32,000 nucleotides of DNA from Casimicrobium huifangae (GCF_009746125.1 NZ_CP041352.1:1626436-1658435); one strand, 5' to 3'. Shown: positions 1 to 9,560, numbered from the stretch's first letter. The notes: generated from the sequence alone by a model not told the origin. A program made the numbers and translations.

Positions 1-80
1 TCTGCGGCAATCTTCGGCCACTCAGCTTTGGGCGACAGGCAAATGCCCTTTGCGCGCTCGATCAACTTTGCTAGATCCAT
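1..80 (-). CDS. YIP1-family-like membrane protein, N-terminus only (runs off the left edge)
   Basis: Reverse-strand translation from ATG at 80 gives MDLAKLIERAKGICLSPKAEWPKIAA, which resembles the N-terminus of Yip1-family proteins (…LSPKxEWPxIAAE). Only 26 residues are visible. Confidence 0.55.
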   Translation of the reverse strand, partial: MDLAKLIERAKGICLSPKAEWPKIAA

Positions 81-219
81 CGTACTGTTCCCCTGAAAAG
101 ATGGTTGGAATCGGTGTCAGTGATAAGACGAAAGCCGCCGTGGGAAAGCGTCACCCGCCGCAGTCTCGTGAGTGTATGACGGATAAACGGTACTGAACAG
201 ATGCGCAGGCGATGACCTG

Positions 220-1284
220 CTATGGCTGGCTCACGGCGCTTGCGGGCTTCTCCCCGATCGCATCGAGTGGATTGGCTGGACGGATGACAGGTGTCCCTTC
301 GACGTCGATGCTGGCCTTGCGGACGGTGACCCGGTTGTCGCTGCCTGCGGAGCGCTCGGTCCAGGCGAACGATCGGCCCGTAGCGTCAATGGTGGCGTGA
401 TCGATACCGCCGTGCGGCCCGCTGGCGATGGTGAGGCGCCGCCCTGTCGCGAAATCGATCCAGTCGAGCGACTCAAGTTGTTCCTGGCGCTGATGCAGCA
501 AACCGTAGCGTCCGTTGCCGGACAGCGCGCGCAGGCGCGCGTTCTGGCCGGCCGCCACCGTGTGCAGGCGGCGACCGTCTGGCCAGCGAACCACCGACAG
601 CGAATTTGCTGCGTAGCGCTTGACGAAACGCGTGCCTTGCACAAAGGTCGTTTCACCCTCGATTGCCCATGCCGGCGCCGGCGCACGCTTCAGTCGCGGT
701 AGCGTCCAGATCCCGCTGCGGGCGTCCGTTTTGTCGCTCAGATCGAAATTCACCAGCGCCTTGCCGTCTGGCGAGAAACCCATCTCGACGTTGACGCCCA
801 CGGACGTTTCCGCGAGCTGTTTGCCGCGGAAGGTGAACAGCCGCACTTTGCGGTTGCCGTCTTTGTCGCGGGTTGCGACGGCGAGCTGTTTGCCGTGTGC
901 GTCGGCGTCCACCACGATGCTGCCGGGGACGCGGATATGGGCGACACGACGGCAGCGTCGGACATCGAAAACGTTCACGATGGATGGCTCACCGCGTACC
1001 CGTTCAATGATAAAGCGACGATCAAACGAGAAACTCGCTGGCGAAGCGAGTGCACATACTTTGGTGGGCCCCGAGGCACGGTGCGCCCAATGGTAGAGCC
1101 CCGGGGCACGCGCCGCAGGGTTGCTGACCAGAATGGCCAACCCATTGCTGTCGACAAACTCTACGTCAACCAGCTCGCGCGAGGTAAACGATTGCGCAAG
1201 CGCGGCAGCAGAAAGGGCCGAGGCGAATAGGGCCGGGATCCACCCAGCGAAGTGGCACTTCACTGCGCTAGGTCGCGATTTCAA
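220..1284 (-). CDS. Exported hypothetical protein with WD40/TolB-like beta-propeller character
   Basis: 354 aa ORF with a signal peptide (MKSRPSAVKCHFAGWIPALFASALSAAALAQS) and repeated strand-like segments (FSPDGKALVNFDL, SGNGRYGLL, DATGRSFAW). Overlaps the upstream EEP gene by 17 nt. Confidence 0.75.
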   Translation of the reverse strand: MKSRPSAVKCHFAGWIPALFASALSAAALAQSFTSRELVDVEFVDSNGLAILVSNPAARAPGLYHWAHRASGPTKVCALASPASFSFDRRFIIERVRGEPSIVNVFDVRRCRRVAHIRVPGSIVVDADAHGKQLAVATRDKDGNRKVRLFTFRGKQLAETSVGVNVEMGFSPDGKALVNFDLSDKTDARSGIWTLPRLKRAPAPAWAIEGETTFVQGTRFVKRYAANSLSVVRWPDGRRLHTVAAGQNARLRALSGNGRYGLLHQRQEQLESLDWIDFATGRRLTIASGPHGGIDHATIDATGRSFAWTERSAGSDNRVTVRKASIDVEGTPVIRPANPLDAIGEKPASAVSQP

Positions 1285-2128
1285 GCAATACCGGCTGGTG
1301 ATCCGACACCCGAGTCACCAGATCGACGTCCACGCGACGCACCCGTGGCGCCAGCCCATCACTGACAAACAGGAAATCACAGGAAATGGGTTCTGGTCCA
1401 TAGCGACGGTCATACAGCCGGAACGTCGGCGCGTGAGGCGTGCCAGCGTGCACCAGTGTCCAGGCATCGACCAGCCGGCTGGCGCCCACCTGTGGCGTTT
1501 GCAGCAACGCGTACTCGTCACTGTCCGGCTCGAAGTTGAAGTCACCGGTCAGGATGCAATGCGCCGTATGCGGCTTGCTCTGAAATGGTGAACCGGTGTC
1601 GTCGAGCAGCGGTGGATGCGCGGCCAGCGCGCAGCCCTGCGCGTGCAGGCGTAGCAGCTCGCGAGCCTGCGCCATGCGCATTGCCGGCGAGTAGAACTCA
1701 AGGTGCGTGGTCATGAAACGTACCGGCCCGATCGTCGTCAGCACCGTCGCCGACACGCAGATGCGAGGCATGCTGCGTACGCCCCCTGGCGTTGCATCGG
1801 CCGGGTAGGGCAGAGTGTAGTGATGCACCTGCGCCACCGGTAGACGGGTGGCAATGAGGTTGCCGAAGCGTTGCCGCGATTTGCCATCAGGGGCGAGCTC
1901 GTCTACCGCAGCGCCGAAGAAAATTTCAAAGCCGGGCAGCAATTCACGTAGTTGCTGCGGCTGATCCTGCGACGCGTTGCCGTCGAGACGTGGATAGTTG
2001 ATGGCCACTTCCTGCAGGCAGAGCACATCGAAATCCGCCATAGCTCGCGCATGCGCGACAACCCGTGCAACATCGACGACGCCATCCAGTCCGCAGAACC
2101 ACTGCACATTCCAGGTCAGGATTTTCAT
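1268..2128 (-). CDS. Endonuclease/exonuclease/phosphatase (EEP) superfamily protein
   Basis: 286 aa ORF with EEP motifs: MKILTWNVQWFCGLDG, DVLCLQEV, CILTGDFNFEPDSDEY, CDFLFVSDGL, TRVSDHQPVLLEI. The start overlaps the ugpE stop as ATGA (2125-2128 on the minus strand). Confidence 0.9.
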   Translation of the reverse strand: MKILTWNVQWFCGLDGVVDVARVVAHARAMADFDVLCLQEVAINYPRLDGNASQDQPQQLRELLPGFEIFFGAAVDELAPDGKSRQRFGNLIATRLPVAQVHHYTLPYPADATPGGVRSMPRICVSATVLTTIGPVRFMTTHLEFYSPAMRMAQARELLRLHAQGCALAAHPPLLDDTGSPFQSKPHTAHCILTGDFNFEPDSDEYALLQTPQVGASRLVDAWTLVHAGTPHAPTFRLYDRRYGPEPISCDFLFVSDGLAPRVRRVDVDLVTRVSDHQPVLLEIAT

Positions 2129-2961
2129 TTGATGCCGGCACGCATGAAGGACTGCACGAATTGTCGCTGGAACAGCAGGAAGGCCAGCAGCAGTGGCGCC
2201 GCAGTTAGCAGTGTCGCAGCGGTGATGATCGACCAGTCAATGCCCTGATCGGCCGACGCAAATACCTGCAGGCCCACGGTGAGTGGACGTGAATTGACCG
2301 AATTGGTCACCACTAGCGGCCAGAGAAAGTTGTTCCAGTGATAGCTCACCGATACCAGCGCAAACGCCACGTACACAGGCTTCGCGAGGGGCACATAGAC
2401 GCGCCAGAGGATCTGCAGCGTGCTGGCGCCCTCCATGGTGGCGGCCTCGACCAGTTCCTTCGGAATGCCCTTGAACGTTTGCCGCAGCAGGAAGATGGCG
2501 AATGCCGAGGCGAAGTAGGGCAAACCAATGCCAAACAGCGTGTCGATCAGCCCAAGCCGGCTCATCGTCTTGTAGTTCTCGACCAGCAACACGTCCGGCA
2601 TGATCATCAGCTGCACCAGTACCAGCGCGAACACCACGTTCTTGCCACGGAACTCGTAGCGCACAAAGGCGTAGGCAGCGAGCGTGCACAGCAGCAGTTG
2701 CGAGCCAAGGATCAGGCTCACCAGCAGCGTGGTGTTGAGAAAGTAGCGTGCGAACGGCGCTGCTTCCCACGCACGGGCGAAGTTTTCCAGCGTCAGCGGC
2801 GCCGTGAGTGAGAACTTCGCGGAAAATTCGGCGGGATGAAAGGCGGTCCACACCGCGTAGGCCAGCGGCAGAATCCACAGGATCGCCAGCCCCCACGCTG
2901 CCAACGTGTCCAGCCATTGACCAGCCGGATTGGCCTGCCTCAAAGCGATTGCATCGGCCAT
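2125..2961 (-). CDS. ugpE: sn-glycerol-3-phosphate-type ABC transporter permease UgpE (CUT1 family)
   Basis: 278 aa polytopic protein with the EAA loop EAATMEGASTLQILWRVYVPLAKP. Sits in a ugp-like operon. Confidence 0.85.
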   Translation of the reverse strand: MADAIALRQANPAGQWLDTLAAWGLAILWILPLAYAVWTAFHPAEFSAKFSLTAPLTLENFARAWEAAPFARYFLNTTLLVSLILGSQLLLCTLAAYAFVRYEFRGKNVVFALVLVQLMIMPDVLLVENYKTMSRLGLIDTLFGIGLPYFASAFAIFLLRQTFKGIPKELVEAATMEGASTLQILWRVYVPLAKPVYVAFALVSVSYHWNNFLWPLVVTNSVNSRPLTVGLQVFASADQGIDWSIITAATLLTAAPLLLAFLLFQRQFVQSFMRAGIK

Positions 2962-2963
2962 GG

Positions 2964-3833
2964 TCAGTAGTGCGCCTTGCGGTCAAGCACGAAAAACTGC
3001 ACCAGCGCGACGGTGGCCAGCGCGGCCAGCAGCACCACGGTCACCGCTGCCGCATAGCCCTGGTCCCAGAATTTGAAGCCGACTTCGTAGAGGTGGTAGA
3101 GCAGTAGCGTGGTGGCGTTGTCCGGTCCGCCCCGCGTCATCACGACCACGTGATCGACCATGCGGAAGGCGTTGATGACGGCGTTGACCAGCACAAAAAT
3201 CGTGGTCGGCATCAACAACGGCCACAGCACGCGGCGGAAGAAGAACCAGCGGCTGGCGCCCTCAATGGCGGCGGCCTCGCGCAAGCTCGGGTTGATTCCC
3301 TGCAGTGCCGCGAGATAGAAGATCATGAAGAAGCCAGCCTCCTTCCAGATCGCAACCGCGGTGATGGCGCCCAATGCGGTGGCCTTGTCGCCGAGCCAGT
3401 TCTGTGAAGGCAATCCGAACAGATTGCCAATTTGCTCCAGCAGGCCATAACTCGGCGTGTAGAAAAAGAGCCAGATGTTCGCCACCGCAATCATTGGTAA
3501 CACTGTAGGCGTGAAGTACGCCATGCGCAGGAAACCGCGCCCGGCGATCTTGCCGTTGACCCAGAGCGCCATTGCCAGTGCCAGGCCGACGGACAGGGGA
3601 ATAGTGGCCAGCGCAAACCACAGGTTGTTGCGCAGCGCCTGCCAGAAGATCGGGTCGTCCACCATCGCCGCGTAGTTGTCGATCCCAACGAACACCGACG
3701 CCCGGTAGGGCTTCGGCGTCGACATGAAGCTGTCAATCAGCGTGGCGATGGCGGGATAGTGCGTGAACGCGACTAGCAAGGTCAGCGCTGGCAGCAGGAG
3801 CAGCCAGGCGTGTGCCTGCTTTTGCGCGTTCAC
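2964..3833 (-). CDS. ugpA: sn-glycerol-3-phosphate-type ABC transporter permease UgpA (CUT1 family)
   Basis: 289 aa polytopic protein with the EAA loop EAAAIEGASRWFFFRRVLWPLLMPTT. Adjacent to ugpE with a 2 nt gap. Confidence 0.85.
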   Translation of the reverse strand: MNAQKQAHAWLLLLPALTLLVAFTHYPAIATLIDSFMSTPKPYRASVFVGIDNYAAMVDDPIFWQALRNNLWFALATIPLSVGLALAMALWVNGKIAGRGFLRMAYFTPTVLPMIAVANIWLFFYTPSYGLLEQIGNLFGLPSQNWLGDKATALGAITAVAIWKEAGFFMIFYLAALQGINPSLREAAAIEGASRWFFFRRVLWPLLMPTTIFVLVNAVINAFRMVDHVVVMTRGGPDNATTLLLYHLYEVGFKFWDQGYAAAVTVVLLAALATVALVQFFVLDRKAHY

Positions 3834-3845
3834 GGGGTGTACAAC

Positions 3846-5129
3846 TTACTTGTAGCTGCGCAGCAGACGTTCGGCTTCCTTCTGCGCGTCCTTCATCGCA
3901 GCCTCTGCGGTCTTGCTGCCGGTGAGTGCGGCCTGCAGTCCGTCGTTGAAGGCTTTGGTCACGCGCTGATTGTCGTGCGTGGAAAGCTCAGCCACTGCGT
4001 ACTGCAACTGATCGCGTGCCACCGCGGCAGGTGCAAATTCGGCCGCGTATTTCTTGAGTGCCGGTGTGTCCCACGCAGCGGGCGAGACCGCAACGTAGCC
4101 CGTATCAATGCCCCATTGTGCGGCGCGTGCCGGCTGCGTCAACCATTTCGCAAACTTGAACGCCGCCTCCTGCTGCGCCGGCGTGGCCTTCTTGAAGATG
4201 AAGAAATTGCCACCGCCGGTCGGAGAACCGCGCTTCTTGCCGGCCGGCAACATTGCTACACCGAAGTCAAACTTGGCGTTGGTACGGATGTTGGTCAGGT
4301 TGCCCGTGGTCGTCCAGATCATGGCGACCTTCTTCTCCATGAAATCCTTCGGTGTGGTGCCCCATTCCACGATACCGGACGGATGCACGCCGTACTTCTT
4401 CGACAGATCAACCCAGTATTGCAGTGCTTCGATCACCTTCGGATCGTCAAACTTGGTCTGGGTGCCGGCTTCGTTGGCGAGGATTACGTCGTTCTGAGTG
4501 GTCAGGCCCTGAAACAGCCAGTACGGAAAACCGCTCGAAGGAATCTGCACGCCGTATTGCATCACCTTCCCGCTGGCGTCCTTCCTGGTGAGCTTCTGCG
4601 CCATGCTGGTCATCTCGGCCCAGGTCTGCGGCGCCTTGTTCGGGTCGAGCCCGGCTTCCTTGAACAGCTCCTTGTTCCAGTAAAGCACCACGGTCGAGCG
4701 CTGGAACGGCACGCCCCAAGTTTTGCCGCCAATCTGACCGTTGAGCAGGAAGGCTTTGTAGAAGCCACCCAGCCAGGCCTTGTCTTCAGGCGTCTTCACG
4801 AAGTTGTCGATGGGGACGATGGCGTCTTCATCGATCAGTGTGAAGGTATCGGTGGAGAGCAATACCGAGGCGACCGGTGGCGTGCCGGCCTTGTTGGCGG
4901 TGAGCGCTTTGACGATGGTGTCCTGATAGCTACCCGCATAAATGGGCGATACCTTGATCGATGGATTTTCCTTGTTGAAATCCGTCGCAAACTGGTCAAT
5001 GATTTTGGTGATCGGTCCGCCCACGGCGACCGGAAAGTAGAACGGAACTTCGGTTGACTGCGCCTGTACAGCACTGGCGCCCAGCGCGAGCGCCACAGCG
5101 GCTGCACAGGTGGCAAATGAGTGTTTCAT
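3846..5129 (-). CDS. ugpB: Extracellular solute-binding protein UgpB-like
   Basis: From ATG at 5129 the product is 427 aa with a Sec signal (MKHSFATCAAAVALALGASAVQAQ), then EVPFYFPVAVGGPITKIIDQFATDFNKENPSIKVSPIYAGSYQDT and NLTNIRTNAKFDFGVAMLPAGKKRGSPTGGGNFFIFK, typical of UgpB. The 505 aa track ORF is over-extended at its N-terminus. Confidence 0.85.
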   Translation of the reverse strand: MKHSFATCAAAVALALGASAVQAQSTEVPFYFPVAVGGPITKIIDQFATDFNKENPSIKVSPIYAGSYQDTIVKALTANKAGTPPVASVLLSTDTFTLIDEDAIVPIDNFVKTPEDKAWLGGFYKAFLLNGQIGGKTWGVPFQRSTVVLYWNKELFKEAGLDPNKAPQTWAEMTSMAQKLTRKDASGKVMQYGVQIPSSGFPYWLFQGLTTQNDVILANEAGTQTKFDDPKVIEALQYWVDLSKKYGVHPSGIVEWGTTPKDFMEKKVAMIWTTTGNLTNIRTNAKFDFGVAMLPAGKKRGSPTGGGNFFIFKKATPAQQEAAFKFAKWLTQPARAAQWGIDTGYVAVSPAAWDTPALKKYAAEFAPAAVARDQLQYAVAELSTHDNQRVTKAFNDGLQAALTGSKTAEAAMKDAQKEAERLLRSYK

Positions 5130-5172
5130 GGGATCTTCCTCCGGGTGAAATGGTTTGCGTGGGTGGTCGGGA

Positions 5173-6225
5173 TCATGGCAAGCGCAGGCCCTGCGCGTCA
5201 AATGCGTGTACGGCGCTGACAGGCCAGCCGAGCCGCACTTCCTGCCCGGCGTCAAATCGGTTCTGGCCTGGTGCCCGTACAGCGATTTCCTGATCACCGA
5301 TGCGACAACGCAGCAGGCAGTCGGCGCCAAGATACTCGCTCTCGCGGACGGTTGCTGCAACATCGCCGTCGAGCGCGACCTCCTCCGGGCGCAGGCCGAT
5401 ACTCACTGCCGCTTCGGGTGCGCTGACAGTCTGCGTTGAACCGCTGATGGCAGAGCCGGCCAGCGAGATGATGCTCATCGGCGGCGTGCCGATGAAGCGC
5501 GCGGCGAAGACTGAAGCAGGTTTGGCGTAAATCTCGCGTGGCGTCCCTATTTGCTCAATGCGACCGTGGTTGAGCAGTACGACCTGATCGGCCATGCTCA
5601 TCGCCTCGGTCTGATCGTGAGTGACGTAGACAACCGTCAGGCCGAGTTTTTGCTGCAACGCCCGCAACTCCTGACGCATCTCCTGTCGCAACTGTGCGTC
5701 AAGATTGGACAGCGGCTCGTCCATCAGGCAGATGCCCGAGTCCGCCACCAGCGCGCGAGCCAGTGCGACGCGTTGCTGCTGGCCGCCGGACAGTTGCGAT
5801 GGCTTGCGGTCGCGCAATTTCTCCAGGCTGAGCAGGGACAGCACGCGGGTCAGGCGCTCGGCCTGCTCCTGCCGCGAGGCGCCGCGTACCTGCAGGCCAA
5901 ACACGATGTTGTCGGCAACGCTCAGATGCGGGAACAGTGCGTAGTTCTGGAAAACCATGGCTACACCGCGCTTGGATGGCGGTGCTACCGTGACATCGTG
6001 GCCATCAATCAGGATTTGCCCGCGACTCGCGACGTCCAGCCCTGCAATCAGGCGCAACGTAGTGGTCTTGCCACAGCCCGATGGTCCGAGCAGCACGGTG
6101 AAACTCGCTTCCGGAATGACGATGCTTGATGGTTGCAGCGTGACGACGTCGCCCCATTGCTTGCCGACCTGGCGCAGCTCTATCTTGGCCGTCTTTGGGG
6201 AGGCAGCACGCTGATCAGTGTTCAC
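5173..6225 (-). CDS. ugpC: ABC transporter ATP-binding protein UgpC/MalK family
   Basis: Walker A GPSGCGKTTT, signature LSGGQQQRVALARAL, Walker B GICLMDEPLSNLD, H-loop VTHDQTEA, and C-terminal MalK/UgpC-type region RFIGTPPMSIISL. Probable GTG start at 6225 (VNTDQRAASPKTAKIELRQVG). The 627 aa track ORF upstream part is antisense to other genes. Confidence 0.85.
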   Translation of the reverse strand: MNTDQRAASPKTAKIELRQVGKQWGDVVTLQPSSIVIPEASFTVLLGPSGCGKTTTLRLIAGLDVASRGQILIDGHDVTVAPPSKRGVAMVFQNYALFPHLSVADNIVFGLQVRGASRQEQAERLTRVLSLLSLEKLRDRKPSQLSGGQQQRVALARALVADSGICLMDEPLSNLDAQLRQEMRQELRALQQKLGLTVVYVTHDQTEAMSMADQVVLLNHGRIEQIGTPREIYAKPASVFAARFIGTPPMSIISLAGSAISGSTQTVSAPEAAVSIGLRPEEVALDGDVAATVRESEYLGADCLLRCRIGDQEIAVRAPGQNRFDAGQEVRLGWPVSAVHAFDAQGLRLP

Positions 6226-6342
6226 GCAACAAGTACTCGCGACATTTGGCAGCTTTCGGAAAACCCGCAATTCAAGCCAACAATTATGACGGCGCGGCGA
6301 CAGTCCTCTATCATCCGGCCCGATGTTTTCGAAATCGCAACC

Positions 6343-6717
6343 ATGACAAAGAAGAACACTTACGACTGCGGGCAGTGTCCGGGGTACTGCTGTAGCTACG
6401 ATTACATCGAGACCAAGCCGTCGGACGTCAAGCGGCTGGCAAAACACCACGGCATCGCGGTGGACGAAGCGAGGGACCGCTTTACCAAGGAAGTCGTTCA
6501 CGAGGACGAGACCATCCGCGTGTTGCGGCACCGCAAGGATCACATTTACAAGTCGATGTGCATGTTCTTCGATCAGGACGAACGCCGTTGCACCATTTAC
6601 GAGGGGCGCCCGCAGGTTTGCCGCGACTATCCGAACGGCTCTACCTGTGGCTATTTCAACTTCATCAAGTTTGAAAGGAAGCACCAGGGTGATGACAGTT
6701 TCATTCCGTCGGCCTGA
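6343..6717 (+). CDS. YkgJ-family Cys-cluster (putative metal-binding) protein
   Basis: Starting from MTKKNTYD: CGQCPGYCCSY…CMFF…RRCTIYEGRPQVCRDYP…STCGYF is the typical CxxCxxxCC…C…C…C pattern. An upstream ATG in the same frame (MTARRQSSII…) is an alternative start. Confidence 0.85.
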   Translation: MTKKNTYDCGQCPGYCCSYDYIETKPSDVKRLAKHHGIAVDEARDRFTKEVVHEDETIRVLRHRKDHIYKSMCMFFDQDERRCTIYEGRPQVCRDYPNGSTCGYFNFIKFERKHQGDDSFIPSA

Positions 6718-6751
6718 CACTGCATTGCCACCACTGCACCGGCCGCCGGCA

Positions 6752-7297
6752 ATGTGCAAGTGGTGGCTGGTCACCGCGCTCGCTTTGGCGTTGAACGGGT
6801 GCACGCAGGCGCCCGTGGTTCCCGCTGAGGATCCTGCCGCATTGCAGCCCAGAACTGCCGCTGGAGCGTCTATCGCCCCGGCGGGCGCATCTACCAGCGA
6901 GGCGCTGGCGCCCACGGTTTCTGCCAACCCCGCGATCCCGCCCACTGATGGGCGGGCGACCAGTGTCGGTTCTGGCACCGGGGCGGTAGCGCCCGCGCGG
7001 GCGCAGATGAGCGCGGTCCAGATCGCGTTGGCTCCGTCAGTGACGCCCGACGGCACGACCCGCTATGAGTGCGTGACGGGCAAAGTCGGTGAAGAGAGCC
7101 GGGCGGCCATCGTGTTTCCGGAGAAATCTGGACGCATTTGTGCACGCTTTCCGGCGATGGGACCCTGCCAGTATGAGCGCAGCGCCTGCCGAGCCAAGGG
7201 CGGGCGGGTGATTCGCTTCGATGGCGTTGAAATCACCAAAGACGTCGAGAAAGAGTACGACAAACAGGTACAGCGATTTCGCCTGAACGCCGGCTAG
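6752..7297 (+). CDS. Putative lipoprotein with Ala/Pro-rich linker and Cys-containing C-terminal domain
   Basis: MCKWWLVTALALALNGC has a lipobox-like LNGC. This is followed by a P/A/T/S-rich linker and a small domain with four Cys (YECVTG…RICARFPAMGPCQYERSACRAKGG). The start is uncertain (6692 also possible). Confidence 0.6.
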   Translation: MCKWWLVTALALALNGCTQAPVVPAEDPAALQPRTAAGASIAPAGASTSEALAPTVSANPAIPPTDGRATSVGSGTGAVAPARAQMSAVQIALAPSVTPDGTTRYECVTGKVGEESRAAIVFPEKSGRICARFPAMGPCQYERSACRAKGGRVIRFDGVEITKDVEKEYDKQVQRFRLNAG

Positions 7298-7358
7298 CCT
7301 GCCTGCGGTGGGGCGATAGGCGCGTTTTCCAACAGCGACGGCGCGGTAAACTGGCGAA

Positions 7359-9560
7359 ATGAATCGCGTCAGATTTTTCCCTTCCGGAATGACCAAGCCT
7401 CCGTTTTCACGCCGCCTGTCGCGTTCGCTGCTTGCGGCGTGTATCGCCGCCTGTCTTGGTGCAATTGCGCCCGTGCCGCAGCTGCAGGCGCAAACGCCGG
7501 TCACGCTCAACTTTGTCGATGCCGATATCGATGTCGTCGCCAAAGCAGTTGGCGAGCTGACCGGCAAGACGTTTGTGCTGGATCCCAAGGTCAAGGGTAA
7601 GATCAACATCCAGTCGGCCAAAGGCGTCGCGCCGGGGCTGGCCTATCCCACCTTCCTCTCCGCCTTGCGCATGGCAGGTTTTGCTGCGGTGGAAGGGCCA
7701 GGCGGCGTAGTACGGGTAGTGCCTGAGGTTGACGCGAAGGCCTTACCCACGCCTATTGGCGTCGACGCTGGCGGTGCCATCGCCACCAAGGTGATTCCAC
7801 TCGCTCACCAGAGTGCCAGCCAGGTTATCAACGCATTGCGCCCGCTGGTGGCTGCCGCCAATGCATTGACGGTGTACCCGCCGGGCAACGCCATCATCAT
7901 TACCGATTACAGCGACAACATCCGCAAGGTCGAGGCAGTGATCGCCAGACTGGACGTACCGAGTGTCGCAGCGCCGGAGCTGGTGCCGCTGAATCACGCC
8001 CATGCGCTGGACGTGGCGGCGACATTGACGCGGGTGTTTGCGGACGCGAATGGCGCCACCGAGTCGCGGGATCGCCTGCTGATTACTGCCGACGCCCGCA
8101 GCAACTCGATCATCGTGCGCAGCGAAGACGCCGGTCGTCTGGCACGCGTGAAAACGCTGATTCAGGAGCTTGATCGCCCTACGGCGGCGCCGGGCAACAT
8201 CCGTATCGTTTACCTCAAGCATGCCGACGCTGCGCAGGTTGCAGCCACTTTGCGCCGCGTGCTGGGGGCTGAGGGCGGCAGCAGCACCGGTTCCAGCAGC
8301 AATGCGTCGGGCAACGCGTCCGCCCTGTCGTCACTGCTGCCAACGGCGGCAGCTACTGGCAGTACACCGCAGAACCCGCTGGCAGCAGCAACGGCAGCAT
8401 TGACTGGCGCTTCGTCGATGCAATCGGCCGGCACGCTGCCGCAGATGTCGACCAACACCAACACGGCGTTTACCGCTGGCGGCGCGACGGTCTATCCCGA
8501 CACCGCCATCAATGCGCTGGTGATTTCCGCGCCCACCCCGGTCTACAACAACCTGCGCACGGTGATCGAGCAGCTCGACGTACGGCGGGCGCAGGTGTTC
8601 ATCGAGGCGCTGATTGCGGAGGTGCAGGCGGATCGCGCTGCCGAGTTCGGCATTCAGTGGCAGGCGCTCGATGGCATCAACCGCAGCGGCACGCAGGGTT
8701 TTGGTGGTACCAACTTCGGCAGCACCAACGGGACCACGACCGCCAATATCCTGGGCGTTGCCGCCAACCCGGCGGCCGTCGCCCAGGGTTTCAACGTGGG
8801 CCTGGTGCGTGGCGCGGTGACCATCGCCGGCAAACAGATACTGAATCTCGGCCTGCTGGCGCGGGCGCTGCAGAGTGACGTGCAGGCGAATATCCTGTCC
8901 ATGCCGACCCTGTTGGCGCTCGACAATGAAGAGGCACGTTTCTCGGGCGGCCAGACGGTGCCTGTACTGACGGGCCAGTACGCCAATTCGTCCGGCGCCA
9001 ACAATTCGGTGACACCGTTCGCCACTTTCGATCGCAAGGACGTCGGCCTCATCCTGCGCGTGAAACCGCTCATCACCGAGGGGGGCGCGATTCGCCTGCA
9101 GCTCTATCAGGAGGTGTCCAGTGTGGCGCCTTCGACGGCCAGCGCGGTTGATGCTGCCGGCCTGTCAACTTTCAACAAGCGGGTGCTGGAGACCTCGGTG
9201 CTGGCGGACGATGGCCAGATCGTCGTGCTCGGTGGCTTGTTGCAGGAGAGCCTGTCCACCGACCAGGAAAAGGTACCGGTGCTTGGTGATGCGCCCTTGC
9301 TGGGCAACCTGTTCCGCTACGACACCCGTAGCCGCAAGAAAACCAATCTGATGGTGTTCCTGCGTCCGACCGTGCTGCGCAGTGCCGCTCAAGCCAACGT
9401 GTTGAGCAATGAGCGCTATCGCGTTCTCGGGCTCGACCAGCAGGCAGTTACCCCCGACGCTCGTCCCATGCTGCCGGAAATGAGCAACCCGACGCTGCCG
9501 ATGGGTACTGCCGTTCTGCCACCTGCCAGCGCTCCGACACCGGGTACGCCGAAGCGATGA
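7359..9560 (+). CDS. gspD: Type II secretion system secretin GspD
   Basis: 733 aa; signal peptide; N0/N1-like segments VTLNFVDADIDVVAKAVGELTGKTFVLDPKVKGKINIQS and GNIRIVYLKHADAAQVAATLRRVLG; secretin core VPVLTGQYAN…YKDVGLILRVKPLI-type (FDRKDVGLILRVKPLITEGGAIRLQLYQEVSSV), VPVLGDAPLLGNLFRYDTRSRKKTNLMVFLRPTVL. Confidence 0.95.
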   Translation: MNRVRFFPSGMTKPPFSRRLSRSLLAACIAACLGAIAPVPQLQAQTPVTLNFVDADIDVVAKAVGELTGKTFVLDPKVKGKINIQSAKGVAPGLAYPTFLSALRMAGFAAVEGPGGVVRVVPEVDAKALPTPIGVDAGGAIATKVIPLAHQSASQVINALRPLVAAANALTVYPPGNAIIITDYSDNIRKVEAVIARLDVPSVAAPELVPLNHAHALDVAATLTRVFADANGATESRDRLLITADARSNSIIVRSEDAGRLARVKTLIQELDRPTAAPGNIRIVYLKHADAAQVAATLRRVLGAEGGSSTGSSSNASGNASALSSLLPTAAATGSTPQNPLAAATAALTGASSMQSAGTLPQMSTNTNTAFTAGGATVYPDTAINALVISAPTPVYNNLRTVIEQLDVRRAQVFIEALIAEVQADRAAEFGIQWQALDGINRSGTQGFGGTNFGSTNGTTTANILGVAANPAAVAQGFNVGLVRGAVTIAGKQILNLGLLARALQSDVQANILSMPTLLALDNEEARFSGGQTVPVLTGQYANSSGANNSVTPFATFDRKDVGLILRVKPLITEGGAIRLQLYQEVSSVAPSTASAVDAAGLSTFNKRVLETSVLADDGQIVVLGGLLQESLSTDQEKVPVLGDAPLLGNLFRYDTRSRKKTNLMVFLRPTVLRSAAQANVLSNERYRVLGLDQQAVTPDARPMLPEMSNPTLPMGTAVLPPASAPTPGTPKR

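Noticed and set aside
3810-5057. 415 aa plus-strand ORF
   Set aside because: Antisense to the well-supported ugpB gene. The sequence is Arg/Gly/Cys/His-rich, typical of a GC-rich shadow ORF, and has no recognisable motif.
6226-7056. Upstream extension of the 627 aa minus-strand ORF containing UgpC
   Set aside because: Low-complexity Ala/Val/Pro-rich reading antisense to the YkgJ-like and lipoprotein genes. The UgpC fold begins at about 6225, so this is an open frame from GC bias rather than a fused domain.
8270-8410. Ser/Ala/Thr-rich low-complexity stretch in gspD
   Set aside because: Looks like the usual flexible, poorly conserved linker between secretin N domains rather than an insertion or mobile element.
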